A DNA stretch of 63,906 nt, taken from Rhynchobatus australiae. Taxonomy: Eukaryota. The stretch is taken from contig JAUZTB010000118.1 of assembly GCA_034780895.1 (NCBI GenBank), forward strand, positions 55,567,942 through 55,631,847, read 5' to 3'. Position numbers and translations under genes: made by a program. Each line of letters starts with the position of its first letter. The first letter of the stretch is position 1. Of the stretch, positions 1-13,546 are shown piece by piece. Below the pieces are notes generated by a model, which worked only from the letters and a program-made list of their open reading frames with translations, searched no databases and was not told the origin of the DNA.

Positions 1-2022
1 GGGGGGGGGGGCGGGGGGTGAGGGAAATGCAGACTTTCACTGAGGATAAGATGGATGCCTGGCCGATTTTTTTTTTAATTTGGGCCTTTCCATACAATTA
101 TGGTAATATTAATGAAACTTTAATGCCAATTCAATCCTTTAATATGTTTTAATGACAATGTTATCCATTTGATATTGTTTAATGGTGCTACTAATATTGC
201 AACAGAAAACTTGAATTATGTAAAGTTCTACACAAAAATTGAATTCTTGGTCAGCTATTTCCTAGAATGAGCTGCTTTTTATGTATTTGTCTTTCATATA
301 ATTTGTTCAAAATTATCTGTCTTTCTACACTTGCTCTTCAAGCTATGCAATGTACTCAAGATTTTTAATTGTGACGAGTGTCAAAATTGACTTATAATAA
401 ATTTGAAAGGTGTGCACTTCAGAATGTAAACTAAGTTTTGAGTGGTCAACACCCTGGTACTTGCAGTTAAACTATTCCCTAATTATCAATGAATATTGCC
501 TAAATTTATAATGGCAAACATTACCCATGATATGTCTGTTTTTTCATCTGAAGCATTTGCCCAAGTAGAAGCAATAGGGTTAACTTTAAAATTGAAGCTT
601 CATAAAATGAAGCTGGAAATATTTGTTTATAAAATTACACAACCTGAAAGCTCCAACTAATATATGAAGGATTTTCATCGTTATCTACTTTATTTCTTTG
701 CATAATCAGTAGGGAATTTTGAAATGATTCTTTCAGCCTTTATAGTGGATATGCATAAGAGAAAATAGCTTTCTATATATACCCAATTGATTCAGCAAAT
801 CAAAGGGTTGGATGTTTTCCTAAATGAAAAAACAGCATGGTTTGATTTCGTGAATATATTCACACTTTCAAAATAAATCATATACAGCCATCCAGGTGTA
901 CACTGAGGAAAGTATGTTCTTATGAAGCAACTTATCTTTTGTCCTCTAAATAACAGGGTGAACTATAGGTGGAACTTTTGAAGCACTTTGACATTGGCTT
1001 AATAGGAACTTTTATCATTCTTTTAATGCCTCTGTTGCTGTAAATGCATTAAGAATTGAGTTTTTAGAAAAACTTCTTCAGCACTTTATTTGTTATTTAT
1101 AATGTTTAAAATTAGTAGAATAAAAATAAAACACCTATATTTTAAAATTTTCCAGTTTCGCTTATAATCTGCAGGTTTAAAAATCCCATTGAAATTGTTG
1201 CAGTCCCCAGGCTTGCAACAGATTTGGTTCTCATTTGTCACCTCTGCCTCAGACCTTTTGCGTTTGGTAGTGCACGAGTTAATGCCTGAGACCTTGAAAT
1301 ATCAATGGCTGAAGATTCCAGCTAACAACTTCTGCCTCCTTTCCTTGTTTTGCAAAATATTTTTCCCAATTGGATGGAAGCAGTATCTGACAAACATTTA
1401 GGGCAGTAATTTTCTTGCATACTGTTTATTTATAGTTAAATGGAGGCAGCCATTATGAAAATGTGCAATTTGTTTGGAAGCGGATGTATCTTGCTGCATG
1501 ATGCAGCTTAATTTTTCTGGATATGGGTTTGTAAGCAATAAATAATAAACATGAAACACTGCCATTGTGACACCATGAACAATCTTTATTGTTGAAATTA
1601 TGCATTTTGAAGCTATTGAACTTTATGGCCACAGATTTTAAATCTGACCCTTCTCTATCAAGGTTTGTCTGATGTAAATGGTAGGTATCATTGCACTGTA
1701 AAAACATAACATGGCAACCACTTGCTTTGTACACAATTTAACTTCGGTGCTGCAGGTGCATTCTTGAATATCAATAATTTCTCTAAAAGATTTCCTGTCA
1801 TTGTCATGAATTATAAAATTGATGTTTTCCCCTCCTATTTAATGCTACCAGGATGTATCCCTTTCTCCTAAAGTTTAATACATTGACAGCCATCTATAAC
1901 ATGGAGTAATATTAGTTTTTTGCAAAATACTGTTTAGGGTACTGGATCTTGACTTTATACTGGCATAGATTTTGAACTGTGGATTGGTGATACTAAGATC
2001 AAAACCTTTCCTTGCCATTCAG

Positions 2023-2142
2023 GAGCCTTTTGAAGATGGTTTTGTAAATGGAGAAGAAAGCAGTCCAGCTGAAGATGCTGTATCAAAACATGTTGCTGAC
2101 AATAAAAGTGTTGTAAAGTTTGGCTGGATTAAAGGTGTGCTG
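2023..2142 (+). CDS. SLC12A2: SLC12A2/NKCC1 coding exon (human exon 2 equivalent), 120 nt, phase 0/0
   Basis: ccattcag|GAG CCT...GTG CTG|gtgagt; encodes [40 protein letters not shown]. The EPFEDG...[11 protein letters not shown] segment is NKCC1-type rather than NKCC2 or NCC. Confidence 0.96.
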
Positions 2143-2924
2143 GTGAGTAACTGCTAATTATTTGCTTTCAATGAATATCAAGCAGCTGAGTCTAAATATA
2201 CTAAACGCTTTAACCTCATTTCTCATTGAGCTTTACAAGTCTTGTGGACTTTAGATTTCCAGTAGATGTGTGGTTATGGATTCAGTTTTGTGCCTGCCTG
2301 CACCAGATTGCAATAAAATAATCCCTTATTTTTGTGACTAATAATTGGGTTTTGAAGATATACTGTTTCATGACAATTTTAAAAACTTGCTTTGCATCAG
2401 TAACTGTAGCTTTCATAGATATTAACTGCCAGGATGAAATGCCATTGTGTGACCTTGAGTAAAATGTAAGCAGAAGCTTTTTGTGCAAAAATATATTTCA
2501 TTCATCATAATTTTACATGTGATATTTATTGTATCTCTGCCCTCCATAGAGAACTGAAGATGAGCCATTTCAGTTCCTGCGTTTGGGCGAAAAGTCAAGG
2601 AATTGTTAGCATGCAAAGAAAACGAGGGCTGCATGCAACTGATTTTTGGGGGTGGGGGATGCAGAATTGTTGGCTATGTGGAATGCTTTATGATGGGGGT
2701 AGCTGACCATATTGTAGTTTAAAGGAATGTTGGGTGAGAATTTGAGTCAGTGGTACTTTATTTTGGGTGGTGGTGATGGAGGAGTAGGGTATTGAAATTA
2801 AGGACATCTTTAAGAATGGGCTGAAATGTCAACTTGAGGATTCTTAAAAATCCTTTTCAAGTGGTTCTTTAGTGCAGTATCGTCACATTGGCTCTGCCGT
2901 TCACTATTTTGAAAATTTTGAATT

Positions 2925-3121
2925 TATTCTCCAGATGCTGTGGTTTCTGTTACATCCCAAAGGCGTGTGGGTTATTTGGGGGGAGGGGGAGAGGAAGTGT
3001 TTATTGAGTTATGGTAGGGAATAAAATGGGGTTAATGAAGGATTGGTGTAATTGGGTGGTTGTTGATTGGCATGGCCTTGGTGGGCTGAAGAGCCTGTCT
3101 CCATGCTGTGTGATTGACTCT
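2925..3121 (+). mobile_element. HE1/V-SINE-type SINE remnant (core plus CR1-derived tail)
   Basis: Core 'ccagatgctgtggtttctgttacatcccaaagg' and tail 'gggctgaagagcctgtctccatgctgtgtgattgactct', shared with other copies in the window. Confidence 0.6.
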
Positions 3122-3856
3122 AATTTGCACTTATTAAAAAGAATTCCATTAAGACTAAACATCGCTGTGCAATTTCAGCATAAATGGATAAGAATGAATT
3201 CATTTAAACTCCTTTCAATATAATTGTTTAATACCAAGCATTTTTCATATTCAATTAATCTGAATCTCATATTACTATTGCATTAAGGCTTTCTAAAATA
3301 ATTACTGCAAAAATGCAAGCTTATGATGGTAATTAACTGCCAGAAGGATTGTTAGAAATCTTTTGCNNNNNNNNNNNNNNNNNNNNNNNNNNNNNNNNNN
3401 NNNNNNNNNNNNNNNNNNNNNNNNNNNNNNNNNNNNNNNNNNNNNNNNNNNNNNNNNNNNNNNNNNTTTTGCAAAAATAAAGCCAGTGATATTCACTGTA
3501 CAAAATGAGGCAAATAAGAATATACAACCCTGAGTAGGGATATTGGTAAAGGAAGTTCAAGTTAACCTTTTTAAAGGTTAACCTTTCAAGTTAACCCCTC
3601 AAGCATCTTTCAACATACCACATACTCAACTCATCCAAAATTCCTTTAAAATTGCAAAACTGTCTGCTACCCCATCATATTACGTCTACACTTCCAGCAA
3701 TGATTTATTTCCCCAAATCAGTTATCAACGTGTTTGTAGGTTTTCTTTAAATCTTGACCTTTCTAGTTGCAGGAAATGAAATTTAATTTTTTCATTTTTT
3801 TATGAAAACCTAACTGGATCTAGAAGAAAAATATTCAATAGTGCTGTGTTGTATGT

Positions 3857-4405
3857 GGGTAGCCCAGTGACACAGCAGACAGTACTACTGCTTCACACCT
3901 CCAGAGACTTGGGTTTGATCCTAATTTTTGGGTGCTGTCTGTAAACTTTTGACATTACCTTTGTAGGTTTACCCCAGGTGTTCCAATGTCCCAAAGGACT
4001 GTTGCTTGGTAGATTGATTAGTTACTGTAAATTGCCACTAATTTACAGTAGCCAGTTAAGCTCCCAACCAGTACACAGTGGCTGGAAAATTGGAGTTGAT
4101 GAGCATGTAAGAGAATGGGTTACAGGGAAACAAGTAGGGGAGTGGTTCTTGAGAGGCAGCCTAGACTTGATTTGCCAAATGTACTCTAATGACATTTGGA
4201 AAGATGAACAGTATTAAAGATCAAAATGGTGGTTAGAGAACTCTTAGTTTGTTCTGTTGTACATGTTGTATAAAGCTTGGTGGGAGTTGATGGGAGTGCA
4301 AGAGGAAAAATGAGATCAGAGGATGAGTGTAGCTTGGTACTTAATGGTCAGTGTGGATGCAGTAGGCTGGAAGGCCAGTTTCTATGCTGTATGACCTTAT
4401 GACTT
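3857..4405 (+). mobile_element. Decayed tRNA-derived SINE(s), HE1/V-SINE type
   Basis: tRNA-like head with B-box-like 'gggtttgatcct', core 'ccaggtgttccaatgtcccaaagg...gttactgtaaattgccacta', and tail 'ggaaggccagtttctatgctgtatgaccttatgact' near 4370-4405. Confidence 0.6.
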
Positions 4406-5588
4406 TGCCAGGAACAAATCAAGGTGGATTTGGGTTGCTAAGTCCTTTTAAGCTTCCTTAAGGCAATATGATAAACTCTCCAAGCAATTTGCAGTAACCT
4501 AGATTATCTTTTTTCCAAGGTCTGCTTATGCTTGGCATATTCTTTACAGAAAGGATTTCAGTTTAAAATTAGTGCATTTTTGGAGATGGAGCATAACTGG
4601 TGAAATGGAGAAATACTTTTTGCACTGTTCCATTGTAGAGGACTTTTCATGTACTCAAGGTTCCAAATCCTGTAACATCGCTAACAATGGTGCTTTTTGA
4701 ATGGAGCCTTTATGTAAACATAGCAGTAATTTGTGCACTCTATTGCCTTGAGATAGATAACCAATTATTTTTTAATCTTTTTGATTGAGAATATTTTCCA
4801 TGTGTATCAGAGCTCCCATACTTTCATTTGGTGTCATAGGAGTATTTTCTGAAGCACAGTGAGTGCAAAAGATGTATCCTTCAAGTACAGTGCCTCCAGT
4901 CAATTGATTTTTTTCCCCCAAATTCTGGGACTTTCCAATTCACAAGCAATCATATTTTTAATGATTTGTACACTATTCCAGCACAATGATGCTTTTATGC
5001 ATGTAGCCCGTACATCATGCACCCCTGCAAGAAAAATATTCTGGGCCTGCTCCCCAGGTATGATTTTGGCTTTGATATTGAAGTTTTCTTTGCTAAAATA
5101 TGTACTGTTAAGGTCTTGGTTTTCAGTTCATAAATTAGGCTATTTCGCTCCCTTAACCAAGTTAGGCATTGTGCTAGATTTGTTATCAGTGGCTGTATGA
5201 AAATGTGTTGCTGATTCATTAGTGTACAACTGTAGAAGTGTACCACTTAATTTCTCTCCTTTTGCCCATTACTTTATGAAGTCTAACTTGTAAATTGTGC
5301 CTTGGAATTTGTGTTACAACTACGCAACTTTCTTTGATTTTGAGTGTTGATAGCTGATTGTTCAATTACATAGTTGGTGTGCATATTTTCCAATCTATTA
5401 TGATGCTCCTAGGAAGATTTTTAATACCTTTTTAAATTGCATGGTTTTAAGTGAAGAACAGAAAATCTATAACCAAAATGATTTGGACAAGTCACTTCCT
5501 GTTTTATTTGCTAACAGCATTTTGGTAAAAATTTGGAATATGTGATCATCAGCCTCTTCTGCTCATGGAAATTTTCCCTATCCACTAG

Positions 5589-5664
5589 GTACGATGTATG
5601 CTAAATATCTGGGGGGTGATGCTCTTCATACGTTTGTCATGGATTGTTGGTCACGCTGGAATAG
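5589..5664 (+). CDS. SLC12A2: SLC12A2 exon 3 equivalent (TM1), 76 nt, phase 0/1
   Basis: ccactag|GTA CGA TGT...GGA ATA G|gtaggt; encodes VRCMLNIWGVMLFIRLSWIVGHAGI(G), the CCC-family TM1 signature. Confidence 0.97.
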
Positions 5665-7502
5665 GTAGGTAAAATAACTTTAATTTGTGGTGAGCTAGTG
5701 CGTAACGGAGCCTTTTTAATCATAATTTGAATGCAACTGATTCACTTGTAACATCTGGTTGGCTTCCTTAGTTGGGTGTCACTAATAACAGTTCTTAATG
5801 AAATATTTGTAACTACGGACAGCAAAATTAATACCTTGAGAGAAGATTTCCTAAAAGATTTGAACCTTTACCATGACATCTTGCATCTTAAATTCAGTTG
5901 GTCTTGTTCTGTGAATGTGGCCATTATATTAATCACAAATTTGCTTGAAAGCATTGTATGTAATTATTCCCTGTCTGCCTTGTGTTTAACATCTTCATCT
6001 TCACAAACTGGGGTTAATGGCACCTGCTAGGTTCAATGTGTGGGACAGTTTGTGAATAGATATTTTTAATTAAATTTTCAGGTTGAGTTTAACATTGTAA
6101 GCTACTATGAAAGGCTTACTTGATATTATTGGAATATTCCATATAAATTTGAACTGTTGTTGCAAATCCCTATTCTTGAAAGATTAATTAAGAAACAGTT
6201 TCCAAAGTAAAGCTGTACTAAGGGAAAATATGTATCCGGAAAAGATTATCTCTCGGTAGTAGCTCATTAAGATAAAAGCTGTATCCGGATTAATAATGAA
6301 AATTGAGTACTTCACTAAATTTGGGTGTTTTGTCATCAAATTGATAAATATTGCTTGACAAGTTGGATTTATTTAGATTATAACTTGCATATATGTAGCC
6401 TTTATGGAAGTATCTTTGAACAGCATGTATGGAATTCGATGCCTGGAATTCTGTTTCTAAATATTTATATTCCACAGGATTAGGTGATTTGATTATTTTG
6501 GTGACTATATTCATGCAATGCTATGAAACCTCCACAATACTTGGCCATGCCTTGGCTTGTCTACTACTTAAACCTTTCATTATCTTTGTTACTAGGGGGC
6601 TTGACTATTCTAATATACTTGTTAATTGATGTTGGAAAAAGGAATATCAACTGAAAATAATCCAAAACTTTTGCCCATCTCCTTGTACTAAGCTCCACTT
6701 ACCCATAAATATATTGCTGGCTGAACCACAGTAGTTCTCTGTAAAAATATTGCCTTGATTACTTTCTAAATGCTTTTCCTCATTTTCAAATCCATTTCAT
6801 GGTTCTCGTGTCTTTAAATTTGCAGTATCCTACTCTGAGAATCTATATGGTTTCTTGATGATCTCCCAAATGTAATTATGCTCCACTATTGGTTCTCATG
6901 ACTTTGGCTGCCAACACAGTGGGAAAACNNNNNNNNNNNNNNNNNNNNNNNNNNNNNNNNNNNNNNNNNNNNNNNNNNNNNNNNNNNNNNNNNNNNNNNN
7001 NNNNNNNNNNNNNNNNNNNNNNNNNNNNNNNNNNNNNNNNNNNNNNNNNNNNNNNNNNNNNNNNNNNNNNNNNNNNNNNNNNNNNNNNNNNNNNNNNNNN
7101 NNNNNNNNNNNNNNNNNNNNNNNNNNNNNNNNNNNNNNNNNNNNNNNNNNNNNNNNNNNNNNNNNNNNNNNNNNNNNNNNNNNNNNNNNNNNNNNNNNNN
7201 NNNNNNNNNNNNNNNNNNNNNNNNNNNNNNNNNNNNNNNNNNNNNNNTAAAATCAATTAGTTTACCTGGTCTCTTGGAAGTCAAATATTGTATTGGATGT
7301 TATGAAGAAAAATTGGGAAGAATTAATAATTCAAGTTTATTTTGCTTTTTAAAAATAGTTTTTTCTTTTTAAGACGTCTCTAAATTCAAATTCAAACTGC
7401 TTGCTTTTTGGCCATAATCCAATAGTAGATATAATCAGGATTTTGTTTCATTATGCTAAATGGGTTATTTCATGATCAGTTTTGTTAGTGCAAATGTAAA
7501 AG

Positions 7503-8900
7503 CATGAGAAATAAAAATAGGTATAGGCCTTTCAAGCCTGCTCCACCATTAAATTTGTGACTGATCTTCTACCTTGTTGGTAGTTTTCCAGCACAATCTC
7601 TATATCCCTTGATTTCACAATATCCAGAAACGTATTGATGTTTGAATCAACACTTGTGAGCCTCCGCAGCTCTCTAGGATAGAAAATTACAAAAAATTAA
7701 TTATTCTGAGTGAAGAAACATCTCGTGTCATCTCAATGAAATCTCCTTTCTTTGGCCAAATTGATATAGGTAGGGTCCAAGCATCACTATCTGCAGTACC
7801 CTAATAGCCATATCCTGCCAACTTGAAAATTACCTATTTTTCCAGTTTCTTCTATCTGAAAACCAATTTTTAATCCATGTCAGTATATTACCACCAATTC
7901 CATGTGCTCTAACCTTATCAATTTGTGTAGCATCTTAACCAACACCTTCCAGAAATTGAAACATACAACATCCACTGGTTTCTCCTACTATTCAAATCTA
8001 CTATTCTACTAATCACAACTCGAACATCACCAGATTAGGTAAACATGATTTTCCTTGTCTCGATTCAATCCTGTTGTTCTTGTTTTGTTACTACACTTTT
8101 TATGTAAGTTGCACTATTTTCACCACTAACAGGTCAGTAGCTCTTGTTATTTTTATTCATCCTTTCTTTAATAGAGCTGTCACATTTGCTACTTTCAAAT
8201 CCATAAGAACAATTCTAAAATTAACACAACTTTTGGAAGATAATCAGAGTATTCACTCACCAAACCCACCTCTTTCAAAACTTGGATGTAAATCATTACA
8301 TCCAATCATTAGCTTGAAAGCTAATGAACTTGTATTATTTTTGACAGAAGCTTAGTTCCTTCAGCTCATTATTGACACACCCTTTGTTTCCCATATACCT
8401 GGTAGGTTTTGAATGCCTTCTCTGTGAAGGTAGATGCAAAGTAACCGTTTAATTTCTTATTCCTTAAATTCTCCTGTCTGTAAGAAGCTTACACATGAAA
8501 GTGTCTTTTTTTTAAACGTACCAATAAAATTTCTTAAAGTTTGTTTTGTGTTTCTCATGAACCCACTTCTATTTTATCTTGCCATTCTTTCAGTTTCTTG
8601 GTCCTCCTTTGAGTTCTAAAATACTTGGGCCTACTACTTCTGGCAAATTTATAAGCCTCTTCTTTGGAATTAACACCAACACTATAATTTCTCTGGTCAC
8701 TTTGTTGATGAATTGCTGATCCATTGCTTTAAAGGAAAACTTTTCTTTTTGGCAGCTTGTGCAGTTTTTCTTTTGAATGCGCCAGCTATTTCCTACCATA
8801 TGATCTTTTGATTATATTCTCCCAATTAGCCATAGCAAATTCTTCTCTTCTGCCCATATAGTTTCCTTGTGTTTAGATCTCTGACTCTGTGTTGAATTAA
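7503..8900 (-). mobile_element. Highly decayed CR1 LINE remnant
   Basis: Begins with the reverse complement of a CR1 3' end ('ggcctttcaagcctgctccaccatt...gactgatct'). Internal reverse-strand RT-like pieces include 'aacaccttccagaaattgaaacatacaacatccactgg' and 'aaacatgattttcct'. Confidence 0.55.
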
Positions 8901-9034
8901 GTCTTGGAATTTGTCATTTAAGTTTCAATCCAGATGAGTTTCGTGAGCTGCATTTTAAACTTTGTGGTTATTGGCTCCTAGTACTGAATAGAAGTTTAGA
9001 AGAGTGAAAAGTAATTTGATTGCAGTATATAATA

Positions 9035-9410
9035 ATGGGATCGACGTGAAGAGACTGTTTCCTCTGCTTGTTGGAGAATCCTAGAACTGGGGTCACTTCT
9101 TGTTTGAAAGGAACTACCCTTTTAAGACTCTAGGTGCAATTTTCTGAAGATCATGATTCTTCGGAACTCTGCTTCAAATACCTTTTCAGGAGAGCCTTCA
9201 TTTACCTCCACCTTAAGAATATTTTGATCTTTGATCAATAAGGATTGGGGTGAAAGTTCCTGGGGGGGGGGGGGGCGCCAGATGGCAGATGGGATGCGCG
9301 ATAGGGATGGATAGACAGGAATGTGGAGGTGAGGTTGCAGTATGATCAGCCATGATCTTAATGTATAGCAGACCAGGCTCTATGGCTGTATATTGTAGTG
9401 ATGTGCTGGT
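9035..9410 (+). mobile_element. CR1 LINE 3' fragment
   Basis: 'gagactgtttcctctg...ggagaatcctagaactggggtcac' (LFPL.GES.TRGH-like) and the 3' UTR motif 'gatcagccatgatctt'. Confidence 0.6.
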
Positions 9411-9589
9411 ATTCAATTAATGGTTCTTGCATATTTTCGTGTCTTGTTTAATCCTTTTACTTGCCAAATAAGTATCAATATTACGTGTGGGCATGTTTCT
9501 AATACACAAACTTTAATGTGGTTTAGTTTATAGAACTGATATTTAGCATTTTTTTTGACTTTTCTAAATTTTATTCCTTTTGTAAACAG

Positions 9590-9685
9590 GTTTGGCTCTT
9601 CTAGTTATTGGCATGGCGACAGTTGTCACCACCATCACAGGGCTATCAACATCTGCTATAACCACCAATGGATTTGTTCGTGGAG
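9590..9685 (+). CDS. SLC12A2: SLC12A2 exon 4 equivalent (TM2 + ICL1), 96 nt, phase 1/1
   Basis: gtaaacag|GT TTG GCT...CGT GGA G|gtaatg; encodes (G)[31 protein letters not shown](G). Confidence 0.97.
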
Positions 9686-10164
9686 GTAATGTTTTTGTGC
9701 TTTGCTTGCAATATATTTGTGCCAATGTATTGCATTTCATATTAGTATCTCCATGTGATTTTGAACATTTTCTGCATGTGATTGTTGGCTTTAGATACAA
9801 AAGGAGAAACTGAAGGATCGGTTGGATAATTTTCAGATCACTGTGTGTGTCGTTTAAGGACTCTTTATGTCACAAGAAAGGAATTTTAAGATGGCTGAAA
9901 GCCATGATTTTAAAAAAAAACATAATGCAACAATGCTTTTATTCATGTTTCTGTTTAGTAATTTATTACTCCAGAAATAATTTACTTTATGGCATGGACT
10001 TGGCTCTTTCAAGGTGAAGTGTTTTATTTAAAACTGCTTTTGTATTTGTACATGTTTGATGATGCAGTGAAACACAGGTTCTTTAATATTTGTGTAAAAA
10101 GAAATCTGTTTATAGTGCTAAGGTGGATAGGGAACTGTCTATCTTGTTCAGTTTCTCCCCTTTC

Positions 10165-10661
10165 ACCCTCACCAATTTTTATCAATGCACCATAAAAAGC
10201 ATCCTATCTGGATGCATTATGGCTGGGAATGGCAACTGCTCTGCTTGTTTCTGTACGAAACTGTAGAGAGTTGTGGACGTAACTCAGCACATCACAGGAA
10301 ACTGCCTCCCCTCCAGACATTCTCTTTTCTTCCTCCTCCCATTGGACAAAAGATACAAAAGCCTGAAAGCATGTACCACCAGGTACATATAACAGTGGGA
10401 TAGAAGATAATTGAACTGTCGCCTAGTATGATAAGATGGATTCTTGACTTCACACTTCACAATTTACCTCATTGTGGCCTTGCACCTTATTGTCTACCTG
10501 CACTGCACTTTCTCTGTAACTGCAATACTTTGTTCTGCATTCTGTTATTGTTTTACCTTGTACTACCTCAATCCACTGTTATAATGAATTGATCTGTATG
10601 GATGGTATGCAAGACAAGTTTTTGACTGTACCTCAGTACACGTGACAATAATAAACCAATT
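10165..10661 (+). mobile_element. Rex1/Babar-type LINE 3' end
   Basis: Decayed reading TNFYQCTIKSILSGCIMAGNGNCS (Rex1 C-terminal motif), then a 3' UTR ending 'gtacacgtgacaataataaaccaattt'. Further tail copies lie at ~10902-10970 (+) and ~13396-13546 (-). Confidence 0.7.
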
Positions 10662-11724
10662 TACTAGTTGAGAGTAAGCCTTAAAGTAGATTGAATTACG
10701 TTTATTGTAAACAACTTGAAGTATAATTCAATAAATTTAATCTAAGACTGACTATTCTAATGGGTGCAAACCATGTATTAAGACCATTTTTATTCCATTT
10801 TAACTGTAGATGGGTTAGTTTTGTACAAAAATACTTCAGAAATAGTTGTTAACAGCTAGAATGAAAAACTAGGTTATAAACACTAATTAGAAGTGACTGC
10901 AGTTGATCTGTATGGACGGTATGCAAGGCAAGTTTTTCAATGCACCTTGGTACATGTGACAATATCCCAATTCTAAGTAGGCCATTTGGTCCCTCAGGCC
11001 TGCAGTGCTATTTAAAAGTTCCTTTGTGAAAATCAACTTTGATTTAATGATATTTAAAAATGTGCTGGTTAGAGAACTCTATCTTAGTCTATTGTCTGTT
11101 AGGGAGAAAGGTCAGTAACTTGTAAGTCTTGATTGCTTGAGACTTGTGTCCGAAACTGCAGTGCCTTGTAGTGTTTGTAAATTTAGTTGCCTTGTATTTT
11201 ATGACATCTTCACCTCCTAATTATTACACCACTCATGATTTAATGCTGGAGTGTTATTACACAGACCCTCTGCTGGTTTAATTGTTGGTTAAAAATGCCT
11301 TTTTCATCTACGAGCATAGAGGGGGTTGTCTGTACCTGCAATTGCAATGTAACTGGACCCTGACTTGTGTGCTCATTCAGTGTAGACATGTTATTGAATT
11401 CCAGAAGGATCATTGATTCATGATTTAAGCAGTGTGAACAAGGTTTTACCTTAAATTCGCTACTTTCTCAATNNNNNNNNNNNNNNNNNNNNNNNNNNNN
11501 NNNNNNNNNTTCTCAATATTAATTCCAACTGGCTGGCTTTATCAGCCAGTTCACCAAGAGGCTTGGGGCCAAACTGTTTAAAAATTCTATCAATAATTTC
11601 TCTGCCACTTTAAAATCTTTTTGCATAAATGCTATTTCCTCACCACAGACCATTTGGACCATCAGGTATCTGCTGGCTTTCAGAAATCTCCCATTTTATT
11701 TCTGTGTAGCCTATCTGGGGGGTG

Positions 11725-12140
11725 GGGGGAAGAAGACACATCTCTGTCCTGGAGTGAAAGACCTCATCTTGAGAACAGATGCGGTGGAGATGGAGAAACT
11801 GAGAAAGAGAAAGATGTCTGTCCCAGGACTTCTGATATGTCCTCCATTTTCAGAAAAAGGGGCTTCCTTCCCTCTGGTTGATGGAGCCCTTGCCCAAATT
11901 GCCTCTATTTACCAAACTTCTGCTCTTACTCCACCTTTTCCCCAGACAACAGGGATAGAGTTTCCTTGGTCCTTTTCACCCCACCGGCCAACACATTCAG
12001 TACATCATTCTTCAACACTTCTGCCAGCCACATCTTCACCTACCCAGTGCTTTCTGCAGGGAATACTCTCTCTGGTTTCTCCTCCCTTCAAAACCTCTCC
12101 CCTAAATGCACCAATTCCTGCTGTAGCATGGTTCCAGAGG
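11725..12140 (+). mobile_element. Penelope-like element fragment with an inverted 5' segment
   Basis: The + strand from ~11820 reads RTSDMSSIFRKRGF / VDGALAQIASIYQTSALT / RDRVSLVL. The - strand of 11725-11818 reads SQFLHLHRICSQDEVFHSRT (Penelope RT C-terminal motif). Confidence 0.65.
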
Positions 12141-13395
12141 AAATGCTTTTATGCCTTTTTTGTTTATGGAGATTTTAATATGGCCTATATCATCCTGCTT
12201 TCCAGACATCCATGTGTTTGAAGGGCAGCTTCCCATTTGTAGCAGCTTTCATATAATTAAAATCTCTGTGGTTAATGCTATTGAATAAAAGTTAACACAA
12301 GGTACAAAATCCTTTGGGATAAGTGACAAAAGTTCCTTCCATGTTGGGTTTTAAGGAGCATCTTCAAAGAGGTAGAGATGTTTAAAAGAAATTTCAGACC
12401 TTGGCATAGAGTCAACTGACTAACAATGCAACTGCTAGTCAACTTGGCAGCAGTGCAATAAGATCACCAATTTTCAGAGGCTAAAATAATGAAGTGCTGA
12501 TTGAAATTTGTGGCACTTGAAGTTGGATGTGGTGAAAAGGTGGCTGTAAAGGGTGATGTGGTTAAATAGGAAATGACCTATCTCTATTCCCTGCATGTCT
12601 GCTTGTGCTTGAAAATCAGGTGGAAGGATTTCTCTGAAAATTAAATGCATTTGAGTTTTGTATTTTGGATACAATGATGATAAAGGACAGCTGTCAAATG
12701 TGACTGACAATTTTTGGTGAATATACATAGCTGATTAGCTCTCTGGATCTTCCCATTGTTCTATATCAGTGTGGAATATAGGACCCCTTATCTTAATCGC
12801 ACTGTTTTGTGACTTGGAGTTTGATGGACTGCTCAAGGGGTTGATTGGAGTCTATTTAACCCAGCCCTTTGTCTTGTTTGTTGTGTGGCCCATTGTGTTC
12901 TCTGTACATTGGCCTAGTATCCCAGAATCCTGTGTGCCTCCTGGTTGTCACAATTGCTCTGAACCAACCAGTATGGAATATGTTTATGTACTAGTTGAGC
13001 AACAAATCATTATCTGTATAAATACCATGGTTTGTTCCGGACTAATTGTGTTGAGTGGCTGACTTCTATGTAACACTACAGCTGCTTATCTAATAAAGAG
13101 CTGTCTTTGTTTGCACAGCTGCACCTTGTGACTTTAAAGCCAATCACTGCAAGTATCAATAAAAGACTTTAGTTCTCTACAATATTGACATTTAGGAAAG
13201 TAGTTTGAAGGTGGGTTCTTGTGTATGTCAGTGGTTCCAATTGTGTATCCTCCAACCTCTATTCCCAAACATATATGTGCTCTTAACAGAAAATCCTACC
13301 CTATTCCTAAGCACTATGAAAGCATGTCCCTGTTTGGCCCTGCATTAACTACAGTTGGTGAACATTAATTAACTAATCTTTGCCACCACAAAGGT

Positions 13396-13546
13396 AAATT
13401 GGTTTATTATTGTCATGTACTGGGATACAGTGAAAAGCTTCTTTTTCATGCCATGCAGACAGATTGCCCCATGCATAATTACATTGAGATAGGAAAAAGA
13501 AAACAGAATGCAGAATATAGTGTTGCAATTACAAAGAAAGCGTAGT
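13396..13546 (-). mobile_element. Rex1-type LINE 3' UTR fragment
   Basis: Reverse complement of the 10500-10661 tail ('aattggtttattattgtcatgtact...aacagaatgcagaa'). Confidence 0.65.

Noticed and set aside
1-25. G-runs as G-quadruplex regulators (also ~9262, ~13752, ~19105, ~61897)
   Set aside because: They are simple homopolymers with uncertain length and no supporting context.
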